Part shown: one piece after another, positions 27,608 to 38,237 of the stretch
How positions within the stretch are numbered: the first letter of the stretch is position 1
Layout of the letters: the number at the start of each line of letters is the position of its first letter
From: an uncultured Lachnospiraceae bacterium
GTDB lineage: Bacteria > Bacillota > Clostridia > Lachnospirales > Lachnospiraceae
NCBI GenBank assembly: GCA_934402055.1
Contig: CAKRTC010000005.1
Span: forward strand, 19,267-83,266
DNA length: 64,000 nucleotides
Reading direction: 5' to 3'
The notes under the pieces: generated by a model
Seen by the model: only the letters and a program-made list of their open reading frames with translations
Databases searched by the model: none
Told to the model about the DNA's origin: nothing
Position numbers and translations under genes: made by a program

Positions 27608-28492
27608 TTATTTCTTGTCTACGAACTTTCCGTCAAGAACATCCTTGAGGTACTTACCGTACTGATTCTTCTTGAGAGGCTCATAGGACTCAAGCACCTG
27701 CTCACGTGTGATCCATCCGTTGAGATAAGCGATCTCCTCAAGGCATGCGATCTTACGGTGCTGATGAGTCTCCATGGTACGAACGAAATTGCCTGCATCC
27801 ATGAGAGATTCGTGAGTACCTGTATCAAGCCAGGTAAAGCCCTGTCCCAAAAGCTCTACATCAAGCTCATTGTTCTCAAGATATATGCGGTTAAGATCGG
27901 TGATCTCAAGCTCGCCCCTAGCTGAAGGCTTAAGAGCCTTGGCGTACTCAACCACCTTGTTGTCATAGAAATAAAGTCCGGTTACACAGTAATTTGACTT
28001 AGGATGCTCAGGCTTTTCCTCTATGGAGACAGCCTTGCCGTCCTTATCAAATTCAACTATACCGAAACGCTCCGGATCGTCTACATAGTAACCGAATACA
28101 GTTGCACCGGTCTCCTTGTCAGCGGCTTTCTTGAGCTTCTCCTTGAAGCCGTGACCTGCAAAAATATTGTCTCCGAGTATCATGGCAACCTTATCGTCAC
28201 CTATGAAATCCTCTCCGATGATGAAAGCCTGTGCAAGTCCGTCCGGTGAAGGCTGAACCTTGTAGCTTAAATTAAGTCCGAACTGACTTCCGTTACTTAA
28301 AAGATCCTCAAATCTCGGCGTATCGCTCGGTGTAGAGATGATAAGAATGTCCCTGATGCCGGCGCTCATAAGCACAGACAGCGGGTAATAGATCATCGGC
28401 TTGTCATATATAGGCAAAAGCTGCTTTGAAGTAACTTTTGTAAGCGGATATAATCTTGTGCCGGAGCCGCCGGCGAGAATAATACCTTTCAT
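27608..28492 (-). CDS. rfbA: Glucose-1-phosphate thymidylyltransferase
   Basis: 294 aa. [18 protein letters not shown] is the canonical RmlA N-terminus. Its stop lies 2 nt from the azlC start. Confidence 0.9.
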   Translation of the reverse strand: MKGIILAGGSGTRLYPLTKVTSKQLLPIYDKPMIYYPLSVLMSAGIRDILIISTPSDTPRFEDLLSNGSQFGLNLSYKVQPSPDGLAQAFIIGEDFIGDDKVAMILGDNIFAGHGFKEKLKKAADKETGATVFGYYVDDPERFGIVEFDKDGKAVSIEEKPEHPKSNYCVTGLYFYDNKVVEYAKALKPSARGELEITDLNRIYLENNELDVELLGQGFTWLDTGTHESLMDAGNFVRTMETHQHRKIACLEEIAYLNGWITREQVLESYEPLKKNQYGKYLKDVLDGKFVDKK

Positions 28493-28748
28493 GGTAACCC
28501 TCCGTAAAAAAACGAAATATACAGACGCAGCTTAAAACTACGCCCACTTAAAAGAAGTATACTATTTTTAGCTGATTTATGGTAGTATATTTTGATGGAT
28601 GTGAAGCATTACGGATGATCATGACGGTAAATCATTCTTTATCGTTATTAAGCTTGTCCGGTGCATGGAACAAAGGATTCGGGCAGATCGACTCAGCATA
28701 TGGAGAACAAGGCATGCCCGTTAATTTAAGAAAATACAAAAAGAGGAA

Positions 28749-29822
28749 ATGATAATGAGAAAATATCTTGTAACAGGATGTGCAGGATTCATCGGCAGCA
28801 ATTTTATATATTACATGCTCAAGAAGTATGATGACATTCTTATCGTAAACCTTGATAAGCTTACCTATTGCGGAAACTTAGAGAACCTTAAGGGGGTTGA
28901 GAATGATAAGAGACACATCTTTGTACAGGGAGATATATGTGACAAGGAGCTTGTTGCGGGACTTATCAAGCAGTACGATCCGGACTTTATCATCAACTTT
29001 GCGGCAGAATCTCATGTAGACCGTTCTATAGCTAATCCGGAGATATTTGTTCAGTCCAATGTAATGGGTACTGTAAATCTTCTTCAGAGAGCCAAGGATG
29101 CGTGGTATGACTCGGACAATAAGAGCTGGAAGGAAGGAAAGAAGTACCTTCAGGTTTCTACAGATGAAGTATACGGAGCACTCGGAGCCGAGGGCTTCTT
29201 CATGGAGACAACTCCTATCGATCCGCACAGCCCGTATTCAAGTTCAAAGGCATCTGCGGATATGTTTGTTAAGGCCTTCCACGATACCTACGGAATGCCT
29301 ATGAATATTACACGCTGCTCCAACAACTACGGACCTTACCAGTTCCCGGAGAAGCTCATTCCGCTTATGATCAACAATGTCAAGCATCATCATCAGCTCC
29401 CGGTATACGGAGACGGAATGCAGATCAGAGACTGGCTGTATGTTGAGGATCACTGCAAGGCTATAGATATGGTAGCCAATGACGGCAAGCCGGGTGAGAT
29501 CTACAATGTAGGCGGACATAACGAGAGAGCCAATATATTTATAGTCAAGACAATTATCGAGCAGCTCCATGACAGACTTCATGATGATGCCATCAATGAG
29601 AGTCTTATCAAGCATGTTGAGGACAGACTCGGACATGACAGAAGATACGGAATCGATCCGTCCAAGATCAAGAGAGATCTCGGATGGTATCCGGAGACTC
29701 CTTTCGAAAAGGGTATAGTACTTACCATTGACTGGTACCTTGACAATGAGGAGTGGATGAATAATGTTACCTCCGGCAATTATCAGAAGTACTATGCCGA
29801 GATGTACAAGAACCGTGTCTGA
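28749..29822 (+). CDS. rfbB: dTDP-glucose 4,6-dehydratase
   Basis: 357 aa. It has GCAGFIGSNF (Rossmann) and YSSSKASAD (catalytic YxxxK). It is divergent from rfbA. Confidence 0.9.
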   Translation: MIMRKYLVTGCAGFIGSNFIYYMLKKYDDILIVNLDKLTYCGNLENLKGVENDKRHIFVQGDICDKELVAGLIKQYDPDFIINFAAESHVDRSIANPEIFVQSNVMGTVNLLQRAKDAWYDSDNKSWKEGKKYLQVSTDEVYGALGAEGFFMETTPIDPHSPYSSSKASADMFVKAFHDTYGMPMNITRCSNNYGPYQFPEKLIPLMINNVKHHHQLPVYGDGMQIRDWLYVEDHCKAIDMVANDGKPGEIYNVGGHNERANIFIVKTIIEQLHDRLHDDAINESLIKHVEDRLGHDRRYGIDPSKIKRDLGWYPETPFEKGIVLTIDWYLDNEEWMNNVTSGNYQKYYAEMYKNRV

Positions 29823-29860
29823 TAAAGCAAAGCAATTAAGTATATACGGCGAGTGAGATA

Positions 29861-30709
29861 ATGAAGATACTTGTAACAGGCATACGCGGCCAGCTCGGTC
29901 ACGATGTGGTTGAAGAATTAACAAAGAGACATATTGAGGCAGTCGGCGTCAATTCCGATGATATGAATATCACGGATAAGCACAGCGTCGACACCTGTTT
30001 TGACAGCATTCATCCGGATGCTGTCATTCATTGTGCGGCATGGACAGCAGTGGATGCTGCCGAGGATGAAGTTGCAGCCTGCAGGGCTGTAAATGTTGAC
30101 GGTACGGAGTATATTGCCGAGGCGTGCAGACGCTTTGACATACCTATGATGTATTTTTCCACCGATTACGTTTTTAACGGTGAAGGCACAAGACCGTGGA
30201 AGCCGGAGGATAAGACCGCTCCTATAGGCGTATACGGACAGTCCAAGCTTGACGGAGAAGAGGCGGTAAGACGTATACTTCCGGACAAGCATTTTATAAT
30301 CAGACTTCAGTGGGTATACGGCATCAACGGCAAGAATTTCGTCAAGACCATGCTTAAGCTTGCAGAGACACATGACAGACTGACCGTAGTAAGCGATCAG
30401 ATAGGCGGACCGTCATATACGAGAGATATAGCAAGTCTTGCCTGCGATATGATAGTAACGGATAAGTACGGCACTTATCATGCCGCCAACACAGGCTATT
30501 GCTCATGGTATGAATTTGCCAAAGCTATATTTGCGGAAGCCGGAAAGCAGGTAGATGTTGTTCCGGTAAGCTCTGAGGAATATCCTTCCAAGGCCAAGAG
30601 ACCTCACAATTCAAGGCTCGATACATCAAAGCTTGAGGAAGCGGGATTTACAAAGATGCCGTCGTGGCAGGATGCCTTGCATCGTTTTATAGCAGAATTG
30701 AACGCCTGA
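29861..30709 (+). CDS. rfbD: dTDP-4-dehydrorhamnose reductase
   Basis: 282 aa. MKILVTGIRGQLG and YGQSKLDGE are typical RmlD motifs. Confidence 0.85.
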   Translation: MKILVTGIRGQLGHDVVEELTKRHIEAVGVNSDDMNITDKHSVDTCFDSIHPDAVIHCAAWTAVDAAEDEVAACRAVNVDGTEYIAEACRRFDIPMMYFSTDYVFNGEGTRPWKPEDKTAPIGVYGQSKLDGEEAVRRILPDKHFIIRLQWVYGINGKNFVKTMLKLAETHDRLTVVSDQIGGPSYTRDIASLACDMIVTDKYGTYHAANTGYCSWYEFAKAIFAEAGKQVDVVPVSSEEYPSKAKRPHNSRLDTSKLEEAGFTKMPSWQDALHRFIAELNA

Positions 30710-30730
30710 ACTGGCAGGACGGAGAATAAA

Positions 30731-32086
30731 GTGGGAAAGTATTTCGGAACAGACGGTTTCAGAGGTGAGGCAAATGTTGATCTCACCGTCGGAGATGCAT
30801 TTAAGGTAGGAAGATTTCTTGGCTGGTATTACGGCAGGAAACATCCCGGAGTTAAGTGCCGCATAGTTATAGGCAAGGATACAAGACGTTCTTCATATAT
30901 GTTTGAGGATGCTCTTTCATCAGGTATAACGGCATCAGGAGCAGACGTATATCTTATGCACGTAACGACAACTCCTTCGGTATCCTATATAACCAGAGTA
31001 GATGAATTTGACTGCGGAGTGATGATATCCGCATCACATAACCCTTACTATGACAATGGTATCAAGGTCATAAACGGCAACGGAGAGAAGCTTGGTGACG
31101 ATACCATAGAGAGGATAGAGGAGTATCTTGACGGCAAGATAGGTGAGATACCGCTGGCTGTAAGAGATGAGATCGGAAGGACTGTCGATTATGCTTCGGG
31201 TCGTAACCGTTATATCGGATATCTCATATCCATAGCCAAAAACTCGTTCAAGGATAAGCATGTTGCCCTTGACTGTGCAAACGGTTCGGCTTCCGCTATT
31301 GCTAAGCCTGTTTTCGACGCATTGGGCGCACATGTTCATATCATGGGCAACGAGCCTAACGGCACAAATATTAATGATAAGGTAGGTTCTACCCATCTTG
31401 AGGCATTGCAGCAGTTTGTCATATCCGAGGGCTGTGATATCGGCTTCGCATATGACGGAGACGCCGACCGCTGTCTTGCAGTCGATGAGAAGGGACATGT
31501 AGTTAACGGCGACAAAATAATGTATGCCTGTGCCGTAAGTATGAAGAATGAAGGCATACTTAAGAAGGATACCGTAGTAGTTACCGTTATGTCCAATTTC
31601 GGACTCTTCAAAGCCTTTGACAGAGCCGGAATCAAATACGAAAAGACTGCTGTCGGAGACAGATATGTCTGGGAGAATATGGCAAAGAACAACTACTCTC
31701 TCGGCGGAGAACAGTCGGGACATATAATTTTCTCAAAGCATGCGACCACAGGGGACGGCATACTTACCTCGATCAACCTTATGGACGTATTTGTTGAGTC
31801 CAAGCAGGAGGCATCCAAGCTTTTTGAGGATTGTCCTATGTATCCTCAGTGTCTCAAGAATGTCAGAGTCAGCGATAAAAATGCAGCAATGACAGATCCG
31901 AAGATACTTGAGGAAGTAGATAAGGTAGGAAAGGAACTCGGAGATTCCGGACGTATACTCTACAGACCTTCGGGAACAGAGCCTCTCGTAAGAGTTATGG
32001 TCGAAGCAAGCACAGAGGAAGCCTGCGAGGCTTATGTAGACAGAGTTATTGCCGTCATCAGAGAAAGCGGAAACGCAGCAGAATGA
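30731..32086 (+). CDS. Phosphohexose mutase of the alpha-D-phosphohexomutase family (GlmM / phosphoglucomutase-like)
   Basis: 451 aa. It has the YFGTDGFRG N-terminus, the active-site ISASHNPYYDNGIK, and the metal-binding loop DGDADR. Confidence 0.75.
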   Translation: MGKYFGTDGFRGEANVDLTVGDAFKVGRFLGWYYGRKHPGVKCRIVIGKDTRRSSYMFEDALSSGITASGADVYLMHVTTTPSVSYITRVDEFDCGVMISASHNPYYDNGIKVINGNGEKLGDDTIERIEEYLDGKIGEIPLAVRDEIGRTVDYASGRNRYIGYLISIAKNSFKDKHVALDCANGSASAIAKPVFDALGAHVHIMGNEPNGTNINDKVGSTHLEALQQFVISEGCDIGFAYDGDADRCLAVDEKGHVVNGDKIMYACAVSMKNEGILKKDTVVVTVMSNFGLFKAFDRAGIKYEKTAVGDRYVWENMAKNNYSLGGEQSGHIIFSKHATTGDGILTSINLMDVFVESKQEASKLFEDCPMYPQCLKNVRVSDKNAAMTDPKILEEVDKVGKELGDSGRILYRPSGTEPLVRVMVEASTEEACEAYVDRVIAVIRESGNAAE

Positions 32087-33081
32087 ATATAGTTTATAAC
32101 TGTAATGATGCCTTTGCCGTACATACTGCGGTAAGCATTGCCTCTTTATTCGATAATAACCGTGGCAGTGATCTTATCAATGTATATATACTCGCCAATG
32201 CCCTGAGCAGCGAAAGCAAGGAGCGTTTTGCAAAGCTTGAGTCGGAATTCGACACTAAGGAGCGTCCAAGGCATATTGAGACTATAGATCTTAAGGACTA
32301 TTCGAAGATGCTGAAGCTTGCCTTCGGAGGCAAGGTGGATACCGGAAGCTTTGACCCGACTGTGCTTGCAAGACTGTTTGCACCGGCGCATTTACCGGAT
32401 GAAGTTGAAAGGTATATATACCTTGATGCCGATACTGTTGTGCTCGGAGATATAAGCAGGCTGTGGGAGACAAAGCTTGACGGGGCCGTATGCGGTATGG
32501 CAGCGGAGCCTACCATATATGCAAAGACGAAGCAGATACTCGGTATGTCAGAGGATGATGCCTATTATAACAGCGGCGTGATACTTACCGACAGACTTAA
32601 GTGGGAAGAGGAAGGCATAAGTTCAAAGTGCATAGACTGCTATAATGAAGCAGGCGGTAAGGGTCTTGATTTTCCTGATCAGGATATAATAAATGTCGTG
32701 CTTAAGGGCAGGATCAGGACACTTTGGCAGGGCTGGAATTTCTTTTCAAATTATCATTACAGAGATTATAAGAGCCTTAAGCTGCAGGCCGGCTGGTACG
32801 CCGGGCTTGTCACAAAAGAGGCGTATGAAGCTGCGAGACTAAGCCCAAGTATAGTGCATTTTGCCGGAGGCGAGAGGCCGTGGTTAAGAGCTAACCGTAA
32901 TCCTTACAGAGAGAGCTATGCGCATTATCTTGAGTTTACCGAATGGCGTGGTACTCCTCTGCAAAAAGGCAAAGAAGCCGATATGCTTTTGTATCATTGT
33001 GTTAATCTTGTTACAAAAGCCTGCCCGAGAATACGCATGCTTATATCTGCTTTGTATCTGAAGATACGAACAAGGAAGTAA
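32083..33081 (+). CDS. Glycosyltransferase family 8 (LPS alpha-galactosyl/glucosyltransferase-like)
   Basis: 332 aa. It has the GT8 hallmarks IVYNCNDAFAVHT and DxD (YLDADTVV), and the NSGVIL motif. Confidence 0.7.
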   Translation: MNIVYNCNDAFAVHTAVSIASLFDNNRGSDLINVYILANALSSESKERFAKLESEFDTKERPRHIETIDLKDYSKMLKLAFGGKVDTGSFDPTVLARLFAPAHLPDEVERYIYLDADTVVLGDISRLWETKLDGAVCGMAAEPTIYAKTKQILGMSEDDAYYNSGVILTDRLKWEEEGISSKCIDCYNEAGGKGLDFPDQDIINVVLKGRIRTLWQGWNFFSNYHYRDYKSLKLQAGWYAGLVTKEAYEAARLSPSIVHFAGGERPWLRANRNPYRESYAHYLEFTEWRGTPLQKGKEADMLLYHCVNLVTKACPRIRMLISALYLKIRTRK

Positions 33082-33131
33082 GAAAGCAAATGCACTATGG
33101 ATATCAGGCAGATATCCGGAAATGATAGTTT

Positions 33132-34151
33132 ATGAAAATCGCAATTGTATTACTTAATTATAATGATGCGAAAGGAACCGTTGATGCGTTAAAACGCATT
33201 GACGGCTTTTCTTGTTTTAATGATGTCATAGTTGTAGACAACGCATCCTGTGATGACAGTGCTGTGCAGATCGAAAAGGCTGTTGAGGGAAGCGGTATTC
33301 ATTTTATAAAGGCACCCAAGAACGGCGGTTACGGCTACGGCAATAATATCGGAGTCAGATACGCATACGAAAAGCTGCATGACGAACTTGTGCTTATAGC
33401 AAATCCGGATGCAGAATTTGACGAAGCCCTGATACTTGCTATGGGCAGACTGTTTGAATATAAGGAAAATGTCGGGGCTGTCGGTGCGGTAATGCGCGTT
33501 CATAGTAAGAAAAAGCAAAAGCACAGCCGATATATCGAACTTGGTGCAGTAAAGGCAGACAAAGGCACAGCAGCACAGATAACTAATGAAAAGCAGGATA
33601 TTCATTTTTCTTATGAGGAGTATCTTGCCTCAGGCTGGAAGAGGAGAGGCTTCCTTGGAAGTCTGATAAACTCAGGTCCTGTATTAAGACGATTATTTAG
33701 GCATAGCATCAATTATCCGTATGAGCATTATCTGGGAATAAAGCCTGATGATAATAAGAATGACAATATCGAACCGGGACTTCCTTCGGCATGCAAGGTG
33801 TATGCGGTACACGGGTCATTGCTCATGGTGTCGGCAGCAGTCTTCTGCAGCTTAGGCGGCTATGACGAGGGAATGTTTCTCTACGGAGAGGAAAATGTAC
33901 TCGCTGAAAAGCTCTTAAGAGCAGGCTTTGATTCATATCTTGTCAATATGGGATATAAGCATGCAGGCTCGGTCAGCATAAGCGGTTCCGGTCATACGGC
34001 TGTAAAACGTCAGCGCTTCCGAAACGAATCGGAAAACTATTATTACAGAAAATACTTAGCTTGTTCCAAGCTTAAACTTATGCTTGCAAAATCAGTACAG
34101 AACATAGTGCTTGCCGAGACGAAGCTGGCAGCGTTGTTTGGAATATTGTAA
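33132..34151 (+). CDS. Glycosyltransferase family 2
   Basis: 339 aa. Its N-terminus MKIAIVLLNYNDAKGTVDALKRI and VIVVDNAS are typical of GT2-like rhamnosyltransferases. Confidence 0.65.
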   Translation: MKIAIVLLNYNDAKGTVDALKRIDGFSCFNDVIVVDNASCDDSAVQIEKAVEGSGIHFIKAPKNGGYGYGNNIGVRYAYEKLHDELVLIANPDAEFDEALILAMGRLFEYKENVGAVGAVMRVHSKKKQKHSRYIELGAVKADKGTAAQITNEKQDIHFSYEEYLASGWKRRGFLGSLINSGPVLRRLFRHSINYPYEHYLGIKPDDNKNDNIEPGLPSACKVYAVHGSLLMVSAAVFCSLGGYDEGMFLYGEENVLAEKLLRAGFDSYLVNMGYKHAGSVSISGSGHTAVKRQRFRNESENYYYRKYLACSKLKLMLAKSVQNIVLAETKLAALFGIL

Positions 34152-34326
34152 ATACCATCGATGCCGGATCATTGCGTAAGCAATCGAGCCGGGCGCAAGT
34201 ATGCGCCAAGGAGTATCTTTTTTATAATTGCGACTAAATAAAAGCGTCAGCGATCCGGTATGAGGTGGGAAAGTTTTGATACAAAGATCCTAAGATGACA
34301 TCAAGATATATTGTTAAAGAACATAC

Positions 34327-35424
34327 ATGACGACAGATACAAATAACAACAATAAAATATCGATTAGAGAATACGATAAGGAGCTTCCGCTTATAAGCGT
34401 GATCATGCCTGCCTACAATTCGGAGGCTAGCATTGAGAAGGCGGTGCTTTCATGTACGGGACAAAGTTATCCGAATGTCGAAATAATCATAGTAGATAAC
34501 GGCTCGTCCGACGAGACACTTAAGGTCGCAAATAAGCTGTGTGAAAGCTGTTTCTTTAAGATGCCGGACGGAAGCAAAGCTCCGCGTATCAGGATAATTG
34601 CGCAGGATAACAAGGGCGTGTCCGCCGCAAGAAATATAGCAATTAAAAATGCCGGTGGTGAGTATTTTGTTTCACTTGATTCGGATGATTATTATGACTT
34701 TGATACTATAGAAAGTCTGTATAAGACACTGACAGAGAATGATGCTGATGTCAGCATATGCGGCATAAGAAAGGTCTGGGAGCAGGAACCCGAGAAAAAT
34801 ACCGAGTATATTCCCGTAGCATTTTCAGGAGATATAAAGGCATTTTCTGATGAAAGCTTTGTAAGGCTGTACGATCTTAATCTTATAGGTACGCATTCCA
34901 ATAAGCTTTATAAGAGCTCTTTGATCAGAGATAACTCTATATATTATAACGAGGGTCTTGCCGTAAATGAGGATATTGATTTCGTATTAAGATATCTTGC
35001 CGTATGCAGGAGGATGAGTGTAGTACCGAGAGCTTTTTTAAGCTATGTTCAGCACGAAAGAGGACAGAGCCTCATCAATACCTTTCAGCCGCACGGACTT
35101 AAGGGAGCGCTCATAGTATTGCAAAGCGCCGAAAGCTTCATGGATACCGCCGGCACGGAGGATAAGGTCAGACAGGAGATGTATAGACGCATGTTCGTGC
35201 ATATCTGCTCTTTCGCAGGACTTATGTATTACAGAAGCGATTACGGCAGAGCCAAGATACGTGAAGAGCTGCATATGATGTGCGCAGACTCCGGATTTAA
35301 GCATTTGCTTAAGGAATACAAATGCAGCGAACCAAAGGAGGCACTGGCGCATTTTCTGCTTAAGCACGGCCTCGTAAGGATTTATGACGGTCTCTGTAGG
35401 ATTATTTACAAAAATAAGCACTAA
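34327..35424 (+). CDS. Glycosyltransferase family 2
   Basis: 365 aa with ISVIMPAYNSEASIEKAVLSCTGQSYPNVEIIIVDNGSSD and SLDSDD (DxD). Confidence 0.75.
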   Translation: MTTDTNNNNKISIREYDKELPLISVIMPAYNSEASIEKAVLSCTGQSYPNVEIIIVDNGSSDETLKVANKLCESCFFKMPDGSKAPRIRIIAQDNKGVSAARNIAIKNAGGEYFVSLDSDDYYDFDTIESLYKTLTENDADVSICGIRKVWEQEPEKNTEYIPVAFSGDIKAFSDESFVRLYDLNLIGTHSNKLYKSSLIRDNSIYYNEGLAVNEDIDFVLRYLAVCRRMSVVPRAFLSYVQHERGQSLINTFQPHGLKGALIVLQSAESFMDTAGTEDKVRQEMYRRMFVHICSFAGLMYYRSDYGRAKIREELHMMCADSGFKHLLKEYKCSEPKEALAHFLLKHGLVRIYDGLCRIIYKNKH

Positions 35425-35590
35425 ACGGGATGAAAATGTTTACTTTTCTTAAGATAATATTCAAGAAATAAAGGAAGAAGCATGATATATTATTGTCAGC
35501 ACAAGGATATAAGACATACACATAAAATGTTTTGATCATATTCATACATCCTTATATATAAATTCAAGAGAATCGGGAGGAGAGGACACA

Positions 35591-36541
35591 ATGAGAAAGA
35601 GTTTAAAGAGAGCCGCACTTATTGCAGCAACAGGAGCAATGCTTATAGGAAGCGCATTCTCCGCACAGGCTGCTTCGGTATACAACGGACAGTGGTGCCA
35701 GGAGTCAAACGGAGGCTGGTGGTACAAGCTTACAGAGGATGGTAAGACCTTCCTTGCAAACACTTGGTACTGGATCAAGGATGCGGATGGTGTTGTAAGA
35801 TGCTACTACTTTGATTACAACGGATGGCTTCAGAAAGACAAGACTATCGACGGTGAGACAGTAGATTCTGACGGACGTTGGGTAAAGAACGGCAAGGTAC
35901 AGGAGGCAGATGCTTCCAAGGAGTATGCTACAAGCATAGACTTTGCAAAGCTTCACCAGACAACAACAAGCAACACAAGCACCAACAAGACAACAACAAG
36001 TACAGCAGGACTTAAGAAGAACGGCGGTAAGAAGACATATAAGTCATCCGGTAAGGGAGATAATCCGAAGTCGGTAGCAGCAACACAGGGCTATACCAAC
36101 TCCACCGTAACAGGTTCAACCATTACCAACAGCTGGGCTAACTTCCAGTTTACACTTTCGGGAGCTACTCCTAAGGTTGATACAACAGGATCCGGAACAG
36201 ATATCTATACAGATTCGGATACAACATCAGATCTGTTTATCACATATTATCCGATGGATAAGTATACCGCAGGCAATACCAATATAGATACCTTCATCAC
36301 AGGCTTCCTTGCAGACGCAAGAGGATATAAGGGCGGAGCCAAGGCAGCGGATATACAGCTCGGAGCATATACCTTCAAGCAGCTTACAAAGACTGTCAAC
36401 ACACCTGAGGGTAAGATGTACGATAATGCTTATATCAGAGCAATCGACGGAACAAACTACGCAATGGTCATCACAGTTGAGAAGAACGGTAATTCACAGG
36501 ATTATCTGTCATCACTCAAGACCATGGCTAAGGTAAGATAA
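35591..36541 (+). CDS. Secreted protein with N-terminal cell-wall-binding (choline-binding-type) repeats, a Thr/Asn/Ser-rich linker and a C-terminal domain of unknown function
   Basis: 316 aa. The signal peptide MRKSLKRAALIAATGAMLIGSAFSAQA precedes three aromatic repeats of roughly 20 aa (GGWWYKLTEDGK, WYWIKDADG, NGWLQKDKTIDG). The linker reads TTTSNTSTNKTTTST. Confidence 0.55.
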   Translation: MRKSLKRAALIAATGAMLIGSAFSAQAASVYNGQWCQESNGGWWYKLTEDGKTFLANTWYWIKDADGVVRCYYFDYNGWLQKDKTIDGETVDSDGRWVKNGKVQEADASKEYATSIDFAKLHQTTTSNTSTNKTTTSTAGLKKNGGKKTYKSSGKGDNPKSVAATQGYTNSTVTGSTITNSWANFQFTLSGATPKVDTTGSGTDIYTDSDTTSDLFITYYPMDKYTAGNTNIDTFITGFLADARGYKGGAKAADIQLGAYTFKQLTKTVNTPEGKMYDNAYIRAIDGTNYAMVITVEKNGNSQDYLSSLKTMAKVR

Positions 36542-36562
36542 TAGAATTACATAGTTAATAAG

Positions 36563-36603
36563 ACGATCCCGCAGGATAAAACCTGCGGGATCGTTGTTAT
36601 GTT
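36563..36603 (+). terminator. Rho-independent terminator closing the glycosyltransferase / surface-protein block
   Basis: ACGATCCCGCAGG-ataaaa-CCTGCGGGATCGT forms a perfect 13-bp stem, then TGTTATGTT. Confidence 0.7.
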
Positions 36604-36767
36604 AAAGAAAAGATTTACATTGATTATTAATTCTTGGAACTGTCCTAAAAGGCAGCGAAAACATCTGTATTTGAGATTTTGCACTTGTGGCAATCGACTC
36701 AATCAACTATAATCAATTAGTTAATTAGAAAATACTAAGGAAGCAAGTGCGCATAAAGGAGAATATA

Positions 36768-37865
36768 ATGAAATTAGGTATCGTCGGATTGCCGAATGTC
36801 GGTAAATCCACACTTTTCAATTCAATAACCAAGGCAGGCGCAGAGTCGGCAAACTATCCGTTCTGCACCATAGATCCGAACGTTGGAGTCGTAGCTGTTC
36901 CGGATGAGAGACTTGACAAGCTTACCAAGCTCTACAATTCCAAGAGCACTGTACCGGCTGTTATAGAGTTTGTAGATATAGCCGGCCTTGTTAAGGGTGC
37001 CTCCAAGGGTGAAGGACTCGGCAACCAGTTCCTTGCCAATATCAGAGAGTGCGATGCCATAATTCATGTTGTAAGATGCTTTGAGGATCCTAATGTAATC
37101 CACGTAGAGGGATCTGTAGATCCGATCAGAGATATCGACACCATCAATCTTGAGCTCATATTTGCCGATATCGAGACACTTGACAAGCGCATCGCAAGAA
37201 CAGCTAAGCTTGCCAATAACGACAAGACAGCCAAGAAGGAGCTTGAGACACTTAAGCGCCTTAAGGCAGTGCTTGAGGAGGGCAAGATGGCATCAAGCCT
37301 TGAGCCTGAGGATGATGACGAGAAGGCATTTATAGATTCGTTGTATTTGCTTACAACTAAGCCCGTCATCTTTGCAGCAAATGTTGCAGAGGATGATCTT
37401 GCCGATGACGGAGCCGACAACGAGTATGTACAGAGAGTGCGTGAGTATGCGGCCTCCACAGGCAACGGAGTATTTGTTATCTCGGCTCGTATCGAGGAAG
37501 AGATAGCAGATCTTGATGATGAGGAGAAGGCTGAGTATCTTGAGTCACTCGGCATCACAGAGTCAGGTCTCGACAAGCTCATCAAGGCAAGCTATGATTT
37601 GCTCGGGCTTATGTCTTTCCTTACCGCAGGAGAGAAGGAGACAAGAGCATGGACCATCAAGAAGGGTACCAAGGCTCCTCAGGCAGCAGGTAAGATCCAT
37701 TCCGATTTTGAGAGAGGTTTCATCAGAGCCGAGGTCATCAATTATCAGGAACTTCTTGACTGCGGTTCACTTGCAGCAGCAAGAGAGAAGGGCTTGGTTC
37801 GCTCCGAGGGTAAGGACTACGTGGTACAGGACGGAGATACCATACTTTTCCGTTTCAATGTATGA
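36768..37865 (+). CDS. ychF: Ribosome-binding ATPase YchF (Obg-family GTPase fold)
   Basis: [18 protein letters not shown] and FCTIDPN are YchF signatures, and a C-terminal TGS domain is present. The start is set at the ATG preceded by AAAGGAG. Confidence 0.9.
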   Translation: MKLGIVGLPNVGKSTLFNSITKAGAESANYPFCTIDPNVGVVAVPDERLDKLTKLYNSKSTVPAVIEFVDIAGLVKGASKGEGLGNQFLANIRECDAIIHVVRCFEDPNVIHVEGSVDPIRDIDTINLELIFADIETLDKRIARTAKLANNDKTAKKELETLKRLKAVLEEGKMASSLEPEDDDEKAFIDSLYLLTTKPVIFAANVAEDDLADDGADNEYVQRVREYAASTGNGVFVISARIEEEIADLDDEEKAEYLESLGITESGLDKLIKASYDLLGLMSFLTAGEKETRAWTIKKGTKAPQAAGKIHSDFERGFIRAEVINYQELLDCGSLAAAREKGLVRSEGKDYVVQDGDTILFRFNV

Positions 37866-38101
37866 TAATTGCCGCTTGGCAATCAGATTTTATATAGAAT
37901 TTTAAAGTTTAGGGGTCAGTTATAGGTATATGTCTAATTCATTTTTGATTTTTTATGCTCTTGTGGCTATTATGTTATTGGCTTTATCAAAGAAGTTTGT
38001 TTGTGCGGTTTTGGAATTGGTAAGAGAGATCTTCAGATAAGCAGGTATCAGAGCCGGTACGATTTCTTTTGATTACAAGATAATATAAGTTATAAAATAA
38101 G

Positions 38102-38146
38102 AAAGCACTTTCATGAATGCAGGTAGCATTCACGAAAGTGCTTTTT
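38102..38146. terminator. Bidirectional intrinsic terminator between convergent ychF and Hpt genes
   Basis: AAAGCACTTTCATGAATGC-aggta-GCATTCACGAAAGTGCTTT forms a stem of about 18 bp with one mismatch. An A-run flanks it on one side and a T-run on the other. Confidence 0.6.
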
Positions 38147-38237
38147 ACAGTTTGCGCGCCATGGGCACACTCTGACGGGTGCAATAGGACGGCACACATT
38201 ATTTCATCAATAATAGCAATATGAGCAGGCAGACGAA

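Noticed and set aside
34152-34326. Possible terminator GGCGCA-agta-TGCGCC between the two GT2 genes
   Set aside because: The stem is only 6 bp and the T-run starts about 10 nt downstream. It may simply be a weak pause site, so it was not listed as a feature.
37987-38199. 70-aa minus-strand ORF in the ychF / Hpt intergenic region
   Set aside because: It spans the bidirectional terminator hairpin, has no RBS and no recognisable features. It is most likely non-coding.
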